In this document: in pieces, positions 29,626 to 40,108 of the stretch
Layout of the letters: each line of letters begins with the position of its first letter
Numbering within the stretch: the stretch's first letter is position 1
Source: Opitutaceae bacterium
GTDB lineage: Bacteria; Verrucomicrobiota; Verrucomicrobiia; Opitutales; Coraliomargaritaceae
Assembly (NCBI GenBank): GCA_051252375.1
Contig: JBPOFY010000003.1
Span: 288,001 to 352,000, forward strand
Reading direction: 5' to 3'
Length of the DNA: 64,000 bases
Made by a program: the position numbers and the translations under genes
The notes under the pieces: model-generated
Told to the model about the DNA's origin: nothing
The model's database searches: none
The model's input: the letters and a program-made list of their open reading frames with translations, nothing else

Positions 29626-31179
29626 TCACTGTCCGCTCTTCCAAAGAACGATATCACTAAAGTCGTTTTCGACTGCTGTTCCCGCTGTGCTGCGGCCGCG
29701 AGCGACTTCGGATTCGAGTTGCTGTAACAGGCGCTTGGCGATTTCGGGGTGGGTCGCGTAGAGGTTGTTCGTTTCACCGGGGTCGGCCTCCATATCGTAG
29801 AGTTGTGCTTTGAGCGCATCGGTAGGTGCTTCAGCCTCAGTCGGGGTGGTCCAACCTCCGGAACTTTTCGCAAGGAGTAGTTTCCACTTGCCTGAGCGAT
29901 AGGCAAAATGTCCGCTGAAGGAGTGATGGATCAGACCCATGCGTTGCGAGACGATCGGTGCGCCTTTAAGGGCGGGGAGGAAACTCACGCTGTCTTCGCC
30001 AGCGGTTCTAGGTAGTGTGGCGTTGGTGAGTTCTGCGCAGGTGGCCATTAGGTCGTTTAGAGAGATGAGTTGATCTGACATGGAGCCTGACTTTATGCCA
30101 GCGGGCCAGCGCACGATGAAGGGCACGCGGTGACCGCCATCCCAAAGGTCGCCTTTTGAACCGCGATATTCGGCGCTGAAGTAGTGGCCTTGTTCGAGTA
30201 GTTTATCGGTGCCGCACCATTTGGAAGTGCCGTTGTCGCTGGTCACGATAACAATGGTGTTTTCTCCAAGTCCGGAGGCATCGAGTGCATCGACGATCTC
30301 GCCTATGATGGCATCGGTGTGCATGACGAAGTCACCGTAGTCGCCAATGCTGCTTATTCCTTTCCATTCACTGGTGGGCACTATGGGAGTGTGCGGCGAA
30401 GTGAGGGAGACGTAGGCGAAGAAAGGTGTGCTAGCGTCCTGTTGCTGAATATACTCAATAGTCCTTTTTGTGATCAGCGGCAAGGTCTGCACGTCGTCGA
30501 AATCTTTTTCTTTCGGTCCTTTGCGGCCGGTGTTGTGCAGCATGATTTCATCCGCAACAAAGCGGTCGTTTTCGATGTAGACATAGGGCGGAATATTGAG
30601 CGAAGACGAAATGCCCCAGAAACTGTCGAACCCGAGAGCTACCGGGCCGCCGATGATCGGAGCCGACCAGTCGACATTGGTGATGCCGTCGGTATCCATC
30701 GGCTCGTCGTTGATGGTTTTGAGACCTAGTCCGAGGTGCCATTTCCCGATGCACGCGGTGTTATAGCCTTGCTGCTTCAACAAGCTGGCAACAGTTAAAC
30801 GATCCGACGGAATCAGCGGGGGATCGAAGCCCATGATGACTTGTGCTTGAAGGTGAGTGCGCCAATTGTAGCGACCGGTCAGAATGCTGTAGCGGGTGGG
30901 GGTGCAGACCGAAGAGCTGCTGTGGGCATCGGTAAAGGTCATGCCTTCTTGGGCGAGCTGATCGATACGAGGAGTCTTGATTTTGCCAAGTTCGGGATTG
31001 AGGCAGCTGACATCACCATAGCCGAGATCGTCGGCTAATATATATACGATGTTCGGAGCAGGGCTTTCGATCGGGCGCGCTACAGCCATTGCGCTAAGGA
31101 AGTTTGCTGTCGAGAATAGTAGCAGTGCGATCGTGCCGAATGTATGGCTTCTTGTTATGAAGATTTTTAGCGAGCGCAT
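29626..31179 (-). CDS. S1 formylglycine-dependent sulfatase (arylsulfatase A-like)
   Basis: PNIVYILADDLGYGD, CTPTRYSILTGRY, GKWHLG, TSDNG, GGHRVPFIVRWP; signal peptide from MRSLKIF (31179). Confidence 0.93.
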   Translation of the reverse strand: MRSLKIFITRSHTFGTIALLLFSTANFLSAMAVARPIESPAPNIVYILADDLGYGDVSCLNPELGKIKTPRIDQLAQEGMTFTDAHSSSSVCTPTRYSILTGRYNWRTHLQAQVIMGFDPPLIPSDRLTVASLLKQQGYNTACIGKWHLGLGLKTINDEPMDTDGITNVDWSAPIIGGPVALGFDSFWGISSSLNIPPYVYIENDRFVADEIMLHNTGRKGPKEKDFDDVQTLPLITKRTIEYIQQQDASTPFFAYVSLTSPHTPIVPTSEWKGISSIGDYGDFVMHTDAIIGEIVDALDASGLGENTIVIVTSDNGTSKWCGTDKLLEQGHYFSAEYRGSKGDLWDGGHRVPFIVRWPAGIKSGSMSDQLISLNDLMATCAELTNATLPRTAGEDSVSFLPALKGAPIVSQRMGLIHHSFSGHFAYRSGKWKLLLAKSSGGWTTPTEAEAPTDALKAQLYDMEADPGETNNLYATHPEIAKRLLQQLESEVARGRSTAGTAVENDFSDIVLWKSGQ

Positions 31180-31186
31180 GGGGCTG

Positions 31187-33334
31187 TTACTTTGAAAGAC
31201 GAATGGCAAGGCCAGTGAAAGGTTTGAGGTGCTTGAGTGTTAAAACTTGTTTTTGGATGGTCGCTGAAATTGAGGAATCGGCAAATAACTCTTTGAGTTT
31301 CCAATGCTCATCGAGTTGGATTTCAACAGTCTCAGGCGCGGTTTCAAAGGTATGCACCACGCAAAATGCCTCCAGTAAATTACTGTTCAAGCGTATGACC
31401 ACTTGGTAGCCACGCGGTTTTTGATAGCTAAGTGGTTCTTCGCCTTGTCGTTGGGAACTGCCATTGCGAATGGAGCCTTTGATCTTCTGATAGAATTCGG
31501 TCGCCTCCTCGACTATCGCCATTTGTGCTTCACTCAGGTCGTGGATGTCTCCGGAAAGGCACATCCGGCCTAGGAAGGTTGCAGCGAGTGAGTAGCGTAG
31601 GCGGTTGAATGAGTCCTCCTTACGTAGCACGGCCCAGATCTGGTTTTGACGCATCGGAATCATGCGTTGGGTGTTGGCCGCGATGAGTGGAATATCGATG
31701 CCCTCATGGCTGTCGGAGAAACCGCCCATGCTTGCTACGTTCATCCAGCAAGGGACTAGGCGGTGACCTCCCGATGAGCAGACTTCGATCACCAACTCGG
31801 GGATTTCTTCGCGTAGGCGCTTGAAGAAACGCTCTACACCTTCGAGGTGTTGACGGAGGCCTTCGCCGAGCGATTCCGCGCTATCACAGCCGACGCCAAT
31901 GGAATCGTTGTAGTCGGTCTTTAGATAGCCGATACCATTCTCCTTGAGCATTTTGATGACTTTCTCAGCTAAGTAGTCGTGCACCCAAGGGTCACGGAAA
32001 TCGAGGAATCGTCGCGAGGCATTGGTGATGACATGCCCATCGCGTTGCAGATGGTGCGCGGTATTTTCAAACATCTGGCTACCATCAGTGGCGCTTTCGA
32101 ATTCAAACCACACGCCGGGGATAAAACCTTTTTCACGAAGTGATTGGCAGAAGTTGGCGAACCCAGAAGGGTAAATGTTTTTTGAAACATCCCAATCGCC
32201 TAATCCCTGTTGCACACCTGCGGTGTCACGGAACCAACCGTCATCCATGACTAGGTAGCGCACTTTAGATCCACTTAATCGATCAGCAATCGCGCCGACC
32301 TTTGCTTCGCTGGGGTTGCCCCAAGTGGTGCACCACTCGTTGAAGATGATCGGCAGGTCACCTTCACTGCTAGGTAGATCTGTTAGCTGCAGTTCCTGGT
32401 AGCGCAACATGCGTGCGGTCAGTGTATCAATATCTCCGATACAGCAGGAAAGGATCGCCGGTCTTGTCGTGAAGCTTTCGCCGACAGCAAGCTGCTTCAT
32501 CCAGTGCCCAAAATCACGATCAGCCAAGCCGCCACTGATAGAGAGTTGGTCGCTTTTTCGATAAACTTCGATTTGCCATGATCCGGGCTCAGTGAGCTGG
32601 GCTCCCCAGAGCACATTATGCTCACGATCCTCAAAGGCGATGAAAGGGAAGTAGCCTCTTACTGGCAACGAACCTACTTGACCAAAACGACAGATGCGCG
32701 GCACACAGTTGTTCCATGGCCGTTCTAAGTTCAACTCTTCAATCGGGCGCACTTCGTGGCGTCCCTCTGCGCTCCAGGTGCTCCGAAAACGGTGGATTCG
32801 ATACTTCTCGATACCGTCATCCGGCTGGAAGGGCGAAAGACCCTCGAGGCTGAAGCTAGCCAGCATCTCGAGGTTAAGCGTTTGCGTGGAGCGATTCTCG
32901 ACCTCGGTCCAAATTTCGATAAAGGGTTCGTCCTGGATCAATCGTAGCGAGTGAAACACATGCAAGCCACGTTCATCCGCCAGTTCGGTGCGGATGGTTT
33001 GCTGGTTGCCGTTCGTTTCGACCTGCTGGTCGAGATACTTCAGGTTGTGAGTAGTCGCTGAATCCAACAGTGTGGCGCCGCCGGTCATGTTGCCGGTGTT
33101 CACGTCGCCGACGACTTTTAGCTGGGCAAGCGAGATTCGTTTCACCGCAGCGTTTCCGCCGCCAAATACTTCAGTCAATGGGCGCATGACCGATTCTTCA
33201 TCGATGGTGGACCTGTGTTGAGCTCGTTGGCTGATCAGTTCCGCGGGAATTAGCTCCAGTGCAAGCAAGCCATTGTCCTCTTGAACGTATGAAATTTCGA
33301 TGTCGCCGTGTTGGAAGCTAGATAGAACTTTCAT
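31187..33334 (-). CDS. GH36 alpha-galactosidase-family glycoside hydrolase
   Basis: IFNEW, LVMDDGWF...LGDW, GVWFEFE, YLKTDYN, EVCSSGGHR; no signal peptide. Confidence 0.88.
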   Translation of the reverse strand: MKVLSSFQHGDIEISYVQEDNGLLALELIPAELISQRAQHRSTIDEESVMRPLTEVFGGGNAAVKRISLAQLKVVGDVNTGNMTGGATLLDSATTHNLKYLDQQVETNGNQQTIRTELADERGLHVFHSLRLIQDEPFIEIWTEVENRSTQTLNLEMLASFSLEGLSPFQPDDGIEKYRIHRFRSTWSAEGRHEVRPIEELNLERPWNNCVPRICRFGQVGSLPVRGYFPFIAFEDREHNVLWGAQLTEPGSWQIEVYRKSDQLSISGGLADRDFGHWMKQLAVGESFTTRPAILSCCIGDIDTLTARMLRYQELQLTDLPSSEGDLPIIFNEWCTTWGNPSEAKVGAIADRLSGSKVRYLVMDDGWFRDTAGVQQGLGDWDVSKNIYPSGFANFCQSLREKGFIPGVWFEFESATDGSQMFENTAHHLQRDGHVITNASRRFLDFRDPWVHDYLAEKVIKMLKENGIGYLKTDYNDSIGVGCDSAESLGEGLRQHLEGVERFFKRLREEIPELVIEVCSSGGHRLVPCWMNVASMGGFSDSHEGIDIPLIAANTQRMIPMRQNQIWAVLRKEDSFNRLRYSLAATFLGRMCLSGDIHDLSEAQMAIVEEATEFYQKIKGSIRNGSSQRQGEEPLSYQKPRGYQVVIRLNSNLLEAFCVVHTFETAPETVEIQLDEHWKLKELFADSSISATIQKQVLTLKHLKPFTGLAIRLSK

Positions 33335-33428
33335 AAGAGTGGACTACGCCAAATTTCACTTAGTTGATTTGTAAATAGCAGACTAAGGTTTTTGGATCGG
33401 GGTGAGTGCCACTATTGCTAAAAATGCC

Positions 33429-34697
33429 TTACGAGTCTTGTCCGAGGATTTGCATTCTCTTAATTTGTAAGTCTTGAAAGCTCTTGCAGAGTTCCAATTG
33501 CTTCAGCTCTAATTCCAGCAATGTGATGCGTGCATCCAAATAGTCGCGGTTGGCATGATTGCCTTGTGTTTTCATCTTATCGATGGCTGAGGAGAGTTCA
33601 GCTTGCATCGAATCGATGAGTTTGCCTTGGGTTTGCCATTGGCGTTGAAGTGCCTTGAATTCTTCGATGAGTGAACGAACTTCCAATTCAATCATTTGCC
33701 GACCGAATACTTCTTGTTTGCGGTGCGACCGTTCCATGTTGCTGGCGATTTCTTTTTGACCGCCGTCTGAAGCGAAGAAGGGGAGGTCAAATGCAATTTC
33801 GATACCAGCAGTATCTTGCTCTCCGTAGTCATTTTCGGCGGAGTAACTGAATTGCACAAATTTGATCCATGGTTGTTGGTTCGCCTTAATTACCGACAAG
33901 TCGGCTTGGGCTTTTTCGACAAGCACTGAGTAGCGTTCAGCGTCAGGGCGTGCTGAAAGTGCATTGTTTTTCCATGTTGTATATGGCAAGTCGAACGAGC
34001 TGTCACTGAGCTGCAGTATTTCTGATAGCCTAATTGCGGAGGGATCCACATTGCACAGCATGCCGAGTTGCCCGATGAGGTTGTTGTAGTTGCGCTGCAG
34101 AGTTTCAGATTCGACCCTCAGATTGAGGAGTTTCATTTTGGCTGCCAAGCTACCGGCAAGTGTGATCTGACTGACTTCCAGCAGCTTTTCCATGCCATCG
34201 ACCTGCTCCTGGTAGATGCTTTCAAGTTGGTTTCGGAGTTTTAACTCCGAGTGTGTGTATCCAGCTTCCCAGTAGAGTTCAGTTATACCGCGTGTGATCT
34301 CTAGCTCGACCTCTTTGCTATATAGTTCTTGCAAGCGACTGTCAGCCTGAAGCTGACGGCGTTGCGCCTTATGCTCCCATGGGTTCTTCGGGAAGAAACG
34401 TAAGGAGGTGTCGTAATCGTGGTTGGGATGGTTTGCTGATTTAAAGCCGTCAGATACGGCTGCATCGCGACCGTAACCCAGTCTGATTTCCGGGGCATCC
34501 CACCATGGTAAACTTTTTTCGCTAATGCGGCTCGCATCCAAAGCACTTTGAGCAAACTCGAGGGTCGCACTTTGCTGCATCGCCGACTCGATGAGATGGT
34601 CAAGGTTCTGTTGTGATACAGATTCAGCACTGGTAGTGGATACCGCGCAGGATAAGAGCAAGGAAATGACCGGAAAGAGTAGTGTGCTCGGGCGCAT
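33429..34697 (-). CDS. TolC-family outer-membrane efflux channel
   Basis: Signal peptide (possible lipobox LLSC); two coiled-coil repeats with PEIRLGYG and IKFVQFSY...GIEIAFDLPFF beta-strand motifs; ALSARPD. Confidence 0.75.
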   Translation of the reverse strand: MRPSTLLFPVISLLLSCAVSTTSAESVSQQNLDHLIESAMQQSATLEFAQSALDASRISEKSLPWWDAPEIRLGYGRDAAVSDGFKSANHPNHDYDTSLRFFPKNPWEHKAQRRQLQADSRLQELYSKEVELEITRGITELYWEAGYTHSELKLRNQLESIYQEQVDGMEKLLEVSQITLAGSLAAKMKLLNLRVESETLQRNYNNLIGQLGMLCNVDPSAIRLSEILQLSDSSFDLPYTTWKNNALSARPDAERYSVLVEKAQADLSVIKANQQPWIKFVQFSYSAENDYGEQDTAGIEIAFDLPFFASDGGQKEIASNMERSHRKQEVFGRQMIELEVRSLIEEFKALQRQWQTQGKLIDSMQAELSSAIDKMKTQGNHANRDYLDARITLLELELKQLELCKSFQDLQIKRMQILGQDS

Positions 34698-34701
34698 AAA
34701 C

Positions 34702-35829
34702 TTAATTATCTAGTGATTCTTTAGGGAACAGGCTGGCCTCGATTTGGATAGAGATACTCTCACCCGGGACGAGCGTGACTTCTTCGTCTAACACGAAGAT
34801 TACCCGACGGCCACGCACGACTTGTCCTCGTATCGGACTAACACGCTCAGGTAGGGAATAAATTGCAGGGCTAATTTGTAGCACATGTCCAGGAATCACA
34901 CCGGTATCCTTCAATGAGACACTGGGATAAAAATTAGCCGGAGTGCCGACTTCGATAGTACTTAAGTTATTCTCTGGTAGGAATCCGACGATACGTGCCG
35001 GACCATCGATGAGAATCGACGCGATGCTGCCACCTGACTCGATGACATCGCCAGCTCGGCAGTCGACGCTAACAACGACGCCATCTTGTTGCGCGCGTAG
35101 TGTGTATGCCTCACGGCGAATTGTGAGCAGATTTAAGGTTTCATCGTTCCCTGAATTGTCTGGAGTCGACTGCTTCATTGCCTCCAATCGCTGCATAGCT
35201 GAGGCCTTTTGAGATTTACTCTGCTCAACATCCTGTTGCAGCGCTTTGATGTTGGTGGGCATCAGTTTTAGCATCTCGCCCAGCACTTCTTCGCGGGCTT
35301 TTTTGGCCACGAATAATTCGGCTTCGATCAACCGCTGTTCATAGAGTGGTTGCAGTCGGTTGATCTCTTTGGCCAATGCCTCATGTTCTACTTGGCTTAT
35401 TTTATACTCCAATTCCGCCTCACGTAGTGCTTGTTCAGCTTCTTGTAGTGCTGACGAGAATTGTCGTTCAAGGGTGAGCTGTTCCAATTGAGACTCCAAA
35501 TGTGACTGCTCTATTTGTTCTCTCAATACTGCCGCCTCTGCGTCTACCATGGCGGTGTTGAGGTGTGCAATGACGTCACCTGCTTTTACGTAGTCGCCCA
35601 ATGCCACTTCGATACTGGCGATTCGAGCGGTATCAAGTGGCGCGATCGTTTCGACGATACGTTCCGCCGTGCCTGTCAGTACACGATATTTGCCGCCATT
35701 TGAATAGAGCGTAATAGCCATGGCAGTGACAGCAACAAATACAAGGAGTGGCCACCAGTTACGAAGGCCTTTCCACCAAGGGCGTTTGTAATCTGTGACG
35801 TGGAAGTTTGTTTTTTCAGTATTCGACAT
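34702..35829 (-). CDS. HlyD-family periplasmic adaptor (membrane fusion protein)
   Basis: N-terminal TM; lipoyl halves IAPLDTARIASIEVALGDYVKAGDVIAHL and LRAQQDGVVVSVDCRAGDVIESG flanking a long coiled coil; LVPGESISIQI. Confidence 0.88.
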   Translation of the reverse strand: MSNTEKTNFHVTDYKRPWWKGLRNWWPLLVFVAVTAMAITLYSNGGKYRVLTGTAERIVETIAPLDTARIASIEVALGDYVKAGDVIAHLNTAMVDAEAAVLREQIEQSHLESQLEQLTLERQFSSALQEAEQALREAELEYKISQVEHEALAKEINRLQPLYEQRLIEAELFVAKKAREEVLGEMLKLMPTNIKALQQDVEQSKSQKASAMQRLEAMKQSTPDNSGNDETLNLLTIRREAYTLRAQQDGVVVSVDCRAGDVIESGGSIASILIDGPARIVGFLPENNLSTIEVGTPANFYPSVSLKDTGVIPGHVLQISPAIYSLPERVSPIRGQVVRGRRVIFVLDEEVTLVPGESISIQIEASLFPKESLDN

Positions 35830-35833
35830 CTTA

Positions 35834-36517
35834 TTAAATCTCCACAGTAGAGCGTTGCATCAACAGGCTAGGTTCAATCACATCAGGCAGGTCTTGTATG
35901 GCCGACATTAGCTGATGCTGTGAGTCGTTATTTAGCATGCGTGTTTGATATGAGTATTCCAAAAGGTCGCCTTGTGCGGCTTCACGCACAGCTACCAGTG
36001 TCGCCGAGCTTAAGTGAGTTTCAAAGATGCTTTGCAATTGAGCGTGTGATTTTGAATCGGGTGGTAGTAGCAATCGTAGCAAGCCTTCGAACTCACTCTT
36101 CGCGCTAAAGGGCGCCCAATGCAGGTAGAGCGCGACTGCGCTAAAGAATAAAGCGCCGGCGGATGCGACTGCAAAGACTCTGGCGCCACAACCAATGCCG
36201 ACCGCAAGACAGCAAAAAAGGAAGACCATGTCGCGCGGGTCGCGCACTGGTGTGCGGAAACGGATGATTGCTAATGCTCCGAGAATACCCAGACCACGTG
36301 CGAGGTTATTACCAATCACCATGATCATCATACATGAAGTGATCGAAGCCAGTATCATGGCTTGCACGAACACGCGTGAATAAGAGAGCCCATGGTGCGT
36401 TATCCGATAGACGGTTGTCAGTATCGAGCTGAGTATGAATACAGCTGAGAACGCGACCAGCACTTCTGCGAAATTCAGAAGGCGGTTGGGACCAAGTAAT
36501 GTTTGTAGATCTTCCAT
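35834..36517 (-). CDS. DUF4956 family membrane protein
   Basis: About 4 TM segments; VIGNNLARGLGILGALAIIRFRTPVRDPRDMVFLF...GIGCG signature; C-terminal soluble domain. Confidence 0.9.
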   Translation of the reverse strand: MEDLQTLLGPNRLLNFAEVLVAFSAVFILSSILTTVYRITHHGLSYSRVFVQAMILASITSCMMIMVIGNNLARGLGILGALAIIRFRTPVRDPRDMVFLFCCLAVGIGCGARVFAVASAGALFFSAVALYLHWAPFSAKSEFEGLLRLLLPPDSKSHAQLQSIFETHLSSATLVAVREAAQGDLLEYSYQTRMLNNDSQHQLMSAIQDLPDVIEPSLLMQRSTVEI

Positions 36518-36549
36518 TTGTGATTGTTGAGTGTAATTAAAAAAGTTGA

Positions 36550-37434
36550 TTACCAGCGTGAGTCAGGCACGCAGTTCTCACTGGTGTCGGAATATTGATA
36601 GCCATAACTAAGCGATTCCAAGCGTAAAGCGGCTGAATATTTACAGAAGCCGACGCGCACCAAATTAAAGCTGCGGACAATGTCCAACATCCAGCGCGGT
36701 ATCCCCATCTTGCTCTTTAGTTCTAGAATAAAGGCAGGGTAGTCTGTCCTTAACCCTGTTTGCGTGTCGATGTGCCTCCATTTGCGATCATTGACGACGC
36801 TGAAGTCGTAGCCATTCATCATTTGGTAAGAGACTTTAGTATCAAAAGTGACACGCGCATAATCTTCAACACGTCCCATGTAAGATTCCCGCTCATACTG
36901 GACCATTAAGATCGGCTTGGCTCCCATTTCCTGACTGATCCGGACGAAGTCGAGATAGTTCATTTGCTCTTTTTCATTGGAAAATGGCACATGGCGACCG
37001 GGGTCTGTAAATAAGTCGGCTCCGTAATATTGCGACTTCACGACTGATCGGCTTTTGACGATCAATTCCCCCATCTTGCGTTTTAGTTCAATGAAGTAGG
37101 GTGCTTTGCCGTCGGTGCCATAGCTACGAATACGTAACTTAAAGCGGGTTAATTGCTCCACTTCCTTTGCGTAGTGTAGACTGAGGCTTGGGTTATCCAG
37201 TTGGATGGTGCGCACCAGATACTTGGGTAATTCGCCGACTCCGTTCTTGTCTGGAAAGACGTAGGGTTGGATGTGCCTGCGGATTTCCGGCATCAAGTGA
37301 CAGGGCACGATATACTTTGCCTCATGGCGCTCGATACGCATATCCGCTCCGCGTTTAAAACCCTGGATGGGGGCTTTCGCGGATGATGGAGCAATAACGC
37401 TGTTAGGGTTGGTGGATTTATCGGGGGCAATCAT
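36550..37434 (-). CDS. VTC (polyphosphate polymerase) domain protein, CYTH superfamily
   Basis: RHEAKY, RFKLRIRSYG, FIELKRK...KSR, YERESY, RVTFD, ILELK, FCKY. Confidence 0.9.
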   Translation of the reverse strand: MIAPDKSTNPNSVIAPSSAKAPIQGFKRGADMRIERHEAKYIVPCHLMPEIRRHIQPYVFPDKNGVGELPKYLVRTIQLDNPSLSLHYAKEVEQLTRFKLRIRSYGTDGKAPYFIELKRKMGELIVKSRSVVKSQYYGADLFTDPGRHVPFSNEKEQMNYLDFVRISQEMGAKPILMVQYERESYMGRVEDYARVTFDTKVSYQMMNGYDFSVVNDRKWRHIDTQTGLRTDYPAFILELKSKMGIPRWMLDIVRSFNLVRVGFCKYSAALRLESLSYGYQYSDTSENCVPDSRW

Positions 37435-37712
37435 GGGGAGTGATTGTGAAATTATTCTAATTCAACGGTGATGTAGTAGTAGCTGCAGTCAATATTCGAA
37501 TCGGCGGTATCGGTATAGCTACTCTTTGGGATATAAAAAGGTGAAGTGAAGGCTTGCTTGCCGAATTTAGGGCGGGGCACGCAAGCTACATGGATCGTTC
37601 GAATTTCCACAAAGTTGCAAATATGTGAAATATTATAGGAGATCTCCAACTATTGTGAATTCAGACGTTTGTAATAATTGAATGTAATTCAAAAGAGAGA
37701 GAGTCTGACTCG

Positions 37713-40094
37713 TTATTGCCCATCCCATTGAAAACGGCTGCCCGCTTCCAATTTCTTTTCAAGGGTGTTGTCGCCATAGCGAAGTTTCAGCTCGTTGCCG
37801 TTGAGTGAATGGACGGTCGCTTCGGTTAGCTTGCCGTCCTGCCATGCGAGATCGACTTCGAAGCCACCTCGGGCGCGTAGGCCTGTGACGGAACCATCGG
37901 GCCAAGCTGCGGGCAAGGCGGGTAGGAGGTGAATCTCGCCATTGTGGCTTTGCAGTAGCATCTCAGCGATGCCGGCAGTGGTGCCGAAGTTGGCATCAAT
38001 CTGAAAACGGGTGCTGTTAAAAAGGTTATCGTTTAGGCGGTGTGTGATATAATTGTTGATCATGTTATGCGCACGGTCGCCGTCGCCCGCACGAGCCCAG
38101 AGGGAAATTCTCCATGCGCCCGGCCAGCCGTTGGAGTCGCCACGTTGTATCAACGAAACTTTAGCGGCCTCAAATAGCTTCGGCGTCTCGGTAGGGTTGA
38201 TCTGTGCGCTCGGAAAGAGCCCGTAAAGGTGCGAGACGTGGCTGTGTGGGTTGTCGGGATTATCCCAGTCCTGGAGCCATTCTTGGAGTTGCCCATGGCG
38301 ACCGATGATCATTGGCTGCAAACGCTCACGTGTATCTGAAACTTGGGTACGGAAGTCTTCGTCCAGTTCTAAAATTTCTGAAGCTTCGATACAGTTGGCA
38401 AAGAGGTCGCGCAGGATTTGTTGATCCATTGTGGGGCCTTGGCAGAGAGCAATGGCACTTCGTCCTGTGCTTAGGCCGTCCTTGGAGGCGCCCCCATGGC
38501 TATGCTCGGGCGAGATCGATGGTGAGGTCATTAAGTAACCATTCTCATTCTCAACCAGCACGCCCTCGCTGAGGAAGAAAGTCGCTGCGCCCTTCATGAT
38601 TGGGTAGGCTTTCTTTAGAAAGTCCACGTCGCCAGTGTAGAGATAGTGCTCCCAAAGATGCTGGCACAGCCATGCGCCACCTGTTGGCCACATACCCCAT
38701 TGTGCGCCATCGACCGGAGCCGTGCCGCGCCAGATGTCGGTGTTGTGATGTGTCATCCAACCATCGGCACGGTAGTGTGTCTTAGCGGTTTCGCTGCCTG
38801 GAGCCTGCAACTCATCGACCATCCGAAGCAATGGTTCGTGTAGCTCGCTGAGGTTGCACACTTCGGCCACCCAGTAGTTCATCTGAATGTTGATATTGAT
38901 GGTATATTTACTGCACCAGGGTGGATTGACTGTGCCGTTCCAGATGCCTTGCAAATTGAGCGGTTGGGTGCCAGGGCGTGAGCCCGCAATCATCAAGTAG
39001 CGGCCGTATTGAAATAGCTGCTCGGTCAGCAGTGAATCCACGACGCCCTCATCGACAACGCGCCTGAGTCGCTTGTCGGTGGGCAAGTTTGCATCGGCTT
39101 CGTTGTCACCTAAATCGATGGACACGCGCTCAAACAATTTCGAATAGTCTTCGACGTGGCGCTGATACAACTCGTCGAAGGATTTTCCTTCGACGGTTGC
39201 CAGTTGCGCATTCACAAGTTGAACGGGATCTCCGCTGACATCCTGATAATTCACAAAACTGGTGTTCGCTACATAAACGAGTGTTGCGGCTTTGGCGTCG
39301 CGCACAGAGATCTTATCGCCTTGTTCAATGAGAGTGCCGCCCTCGATGACGACTTTGACCTGTGCTGCAAAACGGGTGCCTTCGCCTTCCCATGGTCCAA
39401 TCAATCCACGTTCTACACGTGGGCCGACTTGGCCGGTCATCAGGAGCTTGCCGTCGCCAATGGCCTCCGACTTGGAGGCGTGTGGACTGGTTAGCAGAAG
39501 GTCAAAGGAGAGCTGCTTTTCGCGTGAACTTTCCAAGCGCATAACAATGGCTTGGTCGGGGTGAGATGCGAAGGTTTTACGGGTGTAGTTGACGGAACCA
39601 AAGGCGGTGCCGATGTCGTAGGATACGGTAGTCACTGCCGTTTCCATATCCAGCTCGCGACGGTAGTTTCCTGTTGTCTCACCTTGCGGAAACATCAGGA
39701 GCAAATCGCCCAGCGGTTGGTAGGCCATCTGTTTGACGGGCGTGCCCATCATTTTCTGCGCCTCCTTTTCGGCTTCTACATATTTGCCGTCCTTGAGTAG
39801 CTGCCTAACATTGGCAAGATGGGAGTAGGCTTCCGGATTGTCGTAGCTGTGTGGCCCGCCACTCCAGAGGGTATCCTCGTTTAATTGCAACTGCTCTAGC
39901 TGAACACCGCCATAGACCATGGCGCCAAGGCGACCGTTGCCGATCGGCAATGCATCCGTCCACTCGGCAGCCGGTTGCTCATACCAGAGTTTCATGGCAT
40001 CGGGCGACTCCGCGTGTGAACTGTGACTGACGAGCAGTGCGAGGCTTAGCCCCAATCCTGTCCGTAGTAAGCATTGGGGTAAATTCCATCTCAT
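37713..40094 (-). CDS. GH95 alpha-L-fucosidase
   Basis: [61 protein letters not shown]; start at MRWNL (40094) with a signal peptide. Confidence 0.95.
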   Translation of the reverse strand: MRWNLPQCLLRTGLGLSLALLVSHSSHAESPDAMKLWYEQPAAEWTDALPIGNGRLGAMVYGGVQLEQLQLNEDTLWSGGPHSYDNPEAYSHLANVRQLLKDGKYVEAEKEAQKMMGTPVKQMAYQPLGDLLLMFPQGETTGNYRRELDMETAVTTVSYDIGTAFGSVNYTRKTFASHPDQAIVMRLESSREKQLSFDLLLTSPHASKSEAIGDGKLLMTGQVGPRVERGLIGPWEGEGTRFAAQVKVVIEGGTLIEQGDKISVRDAKAATLVYVANTSFVNYQDVSGDPVQLVNAQLATVEGKSFDELYQRHVEDYSKLFERVSIDLGDNEADANLPTDKRLRRVVDEGVVDSLLTEQLFQYGRYLMIAGSRPGTQPLNLQGIWNGTVNPPWCSKYTININIQMNYWVAEVCNLSELHEPLLRMVDELQAPGSETAKTHYRADGWMTHHNTDIWRGTAPVDGAQWGMWPTGGAWLCQHLWEHYLYTGDVDFLKKAYPIMKGAATFFLSEGVLVENENGYLMTSPSISPEHSHGGASKDGLSTGRSAIALCQGPTMDQQILRDLFANCIEASEILELDEDFRTQVSDTRERLQPMIIGRHGQLQEWLQDWDNPDNPHSHVSHLYGLFPSAQINPTETPKLFEAAKVSLIQRGDSNGWPGAWRISLWARAGDGDRAHNMINNYITHRLNDNLFNSTRFQIDANFGTTAGIAEMLLQSHNGEIHLLPALPAAWPDGSVTGLRARGGFEVDLAWQDGKLTEATVHSLNGNELKLRYGDNTLEKKLEAGSRFQWDGQ

Positions 40095-40108
40095 AGTGTT
40101 TGATCCGT

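Noticed and set aside
37452..37649. 65-aa ORF upstream of the VTC gene
   Set aside because: AT-rich promoter-like region, non-ATG start, no motifs.
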